The notes beneath the pieces are model-generated. The model ran no database searches and was not told the DNA's origin. It was given only the letters and a program-made list of their open reading frames with translations. From Lepidodermella squamata (taxonomy: Eukaryota; Animalia; Gastrotricha): a stretch of 64,000 bases of DNA. This document shows positions 62,735 to 64,000 of this stretch, piece by piece (the stretch's first letter is position 1; the number at the start of each line of letters is the position of its first letter). The stretch is from contig JBLDXI010000013.1 in NCBI GenBank assembly GCA_047495785.1, forward strand, positions 4,092,001 through 4,156,000, given 5' to 3'. A program made the position numbers and the translations under genes.

Positions 62735-64000
62735 GTAAGTCAACCTATGCGCAATACATAAAAATATGGAAATTATGCGATGATAAAAAAATTACACCTT
62801 AATTTTATTTTCCAAATTATGCATGTTCATTTTTAATTTTCCTATTGTTTTAATCGTCTAAACCTTCAAACCTATGGGCGAAACTAGGTGCATACATTTT
62901 GGTGGACATATCAGCTGTAAAAATATTATTCGCTTTGGGATGACGAGAGAATAATTGCCTGAGAAGCTTTGCGTATTAAATTGAGCAAATAATGGACGCT
63001 ATGTTTTTTTAGTTTTCTCCTCCGCTTTTCTTTTATGTAAAAAATTAGAAATTCGGTGCTTAAATTGTTGTCTTAACGGAAAAATAAGAAATTGGAATAT
63101 TAGAAAAAACCAGGACAAAATTAAGCAAAAAATTATAGTAAATTGGAAAATCTTGATGAAAATGTCGACCTTCATCCATTTTGGACTGCTACTATTGAAT
63201 AATTGAATCAGTTGCGTAATTGTTTTCAATTGTGATTGACGCCCAGAGCAATTGCTCCGAATTACTGAATGGGTATTCAATGTTTGCCATCGATTACTAG
63301 TTCTATTTTCGCTTGGTCGTTAAGGTTTAGTTTGTCCGCAAGAAAATGCCTCGGCCAAAGTTTGTCGCCGCTTTTGTGGCATTTGCATCGATATTTCTTT
63401 CCAAGGCCAACTATATGGCTTCTTTTTTCCGTCCTGATTCAGATAATATCAGTAGGTTTGAGGCGAATTGGGCATTTTTCCTCGTGCATTTGGCCTGTGG
63501 GTAATTCCCAAGGAAGCATTTTCCATGTTTGAAACAAGGAGCCATCGCCTGCTTAGTGTTGTATCTTGTGAAATATGGAGCGAAATGCAGCTTTTCCATC
63601 GTGCAATGTCGTTATTGGGTGTAAAAAGGCTAATTCATTTCGAACATTGTAGAACATCTCTTTCGTCACCGAACCAAAGCTGATAAGGGGCTTCATAGCC
63701 AAAAGTTTGCTTGCATTAATGTTGAAGCGCAACGCCAACGTTACCATCCTATTGAGGATAGTAGCGGTTGACACGAAACGTGATAATCTCGACAGATTTC
63801 GCGGCTGAGTTAGAGAATAATTAGTGAAGGCTCTTGAATTCTGTCTTTCGCCTGCGTTTAAAGTTCGCTGTTTTAAACGTTTTCGTGAGATGATTCGTAC
63901 GCTTTCGCGTTGGAAGTAGATTAACCGATGGAAGTTCCGCCTCGATTACTCCGAACCCTTCATATTCGACCGACAATTTGGCGTGCTTAATTTTGGCACC

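Noticed and set aside
63200-64000. Coding-like minus-strand sequence inside the GLUT intron
   Set aside because: Several short interrupted frames with no recognisable family; cannot distinguish a nested gene from a decayed element at the window edge

Overview
Eukaryotic, gene-dense, AT-rich DNA with short (about 45-60 nt) introns, most likely from a compact invertebrate animal genome. The supplied ORF track fragments most genes, so I assembled exons by eye. Host genes: FAM43-like PTB protein, a secreted divergent VWA-like protein, an intron-containing histone H4, D-glucuronyl C5-epimerase (GLCE), SDHD, two orphan secreted proteins, four alkaline ceramidases surrounding a ceramide synthase, NCAPD2, NOP2 and a GLUT-type transporter that runs off the window. 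The main finding is an apparently intact 9,452-bp DNA transposon (8411-17862) with about 250-bp terminal inverted repeats (TIRs) and a 2-bp GG target duplication, inserted into a CR1-like LINE. It encodes a spliced RAG1/Transib-like (CMC-type) DDE transposase. Convergently from the other TIR it encodes a complete spliced Rad21/Rec8-type cohesin kleisin (485 aa) with no ExxR separase motif, and two orphan genes lie between them. A second element, an intact intron-containing Crypton-like tyrosine recombinase gene (22603-25770), is bracketed by arrays of 35-bp palindromic units. All family assignments come from motif recognition; no database search was run.
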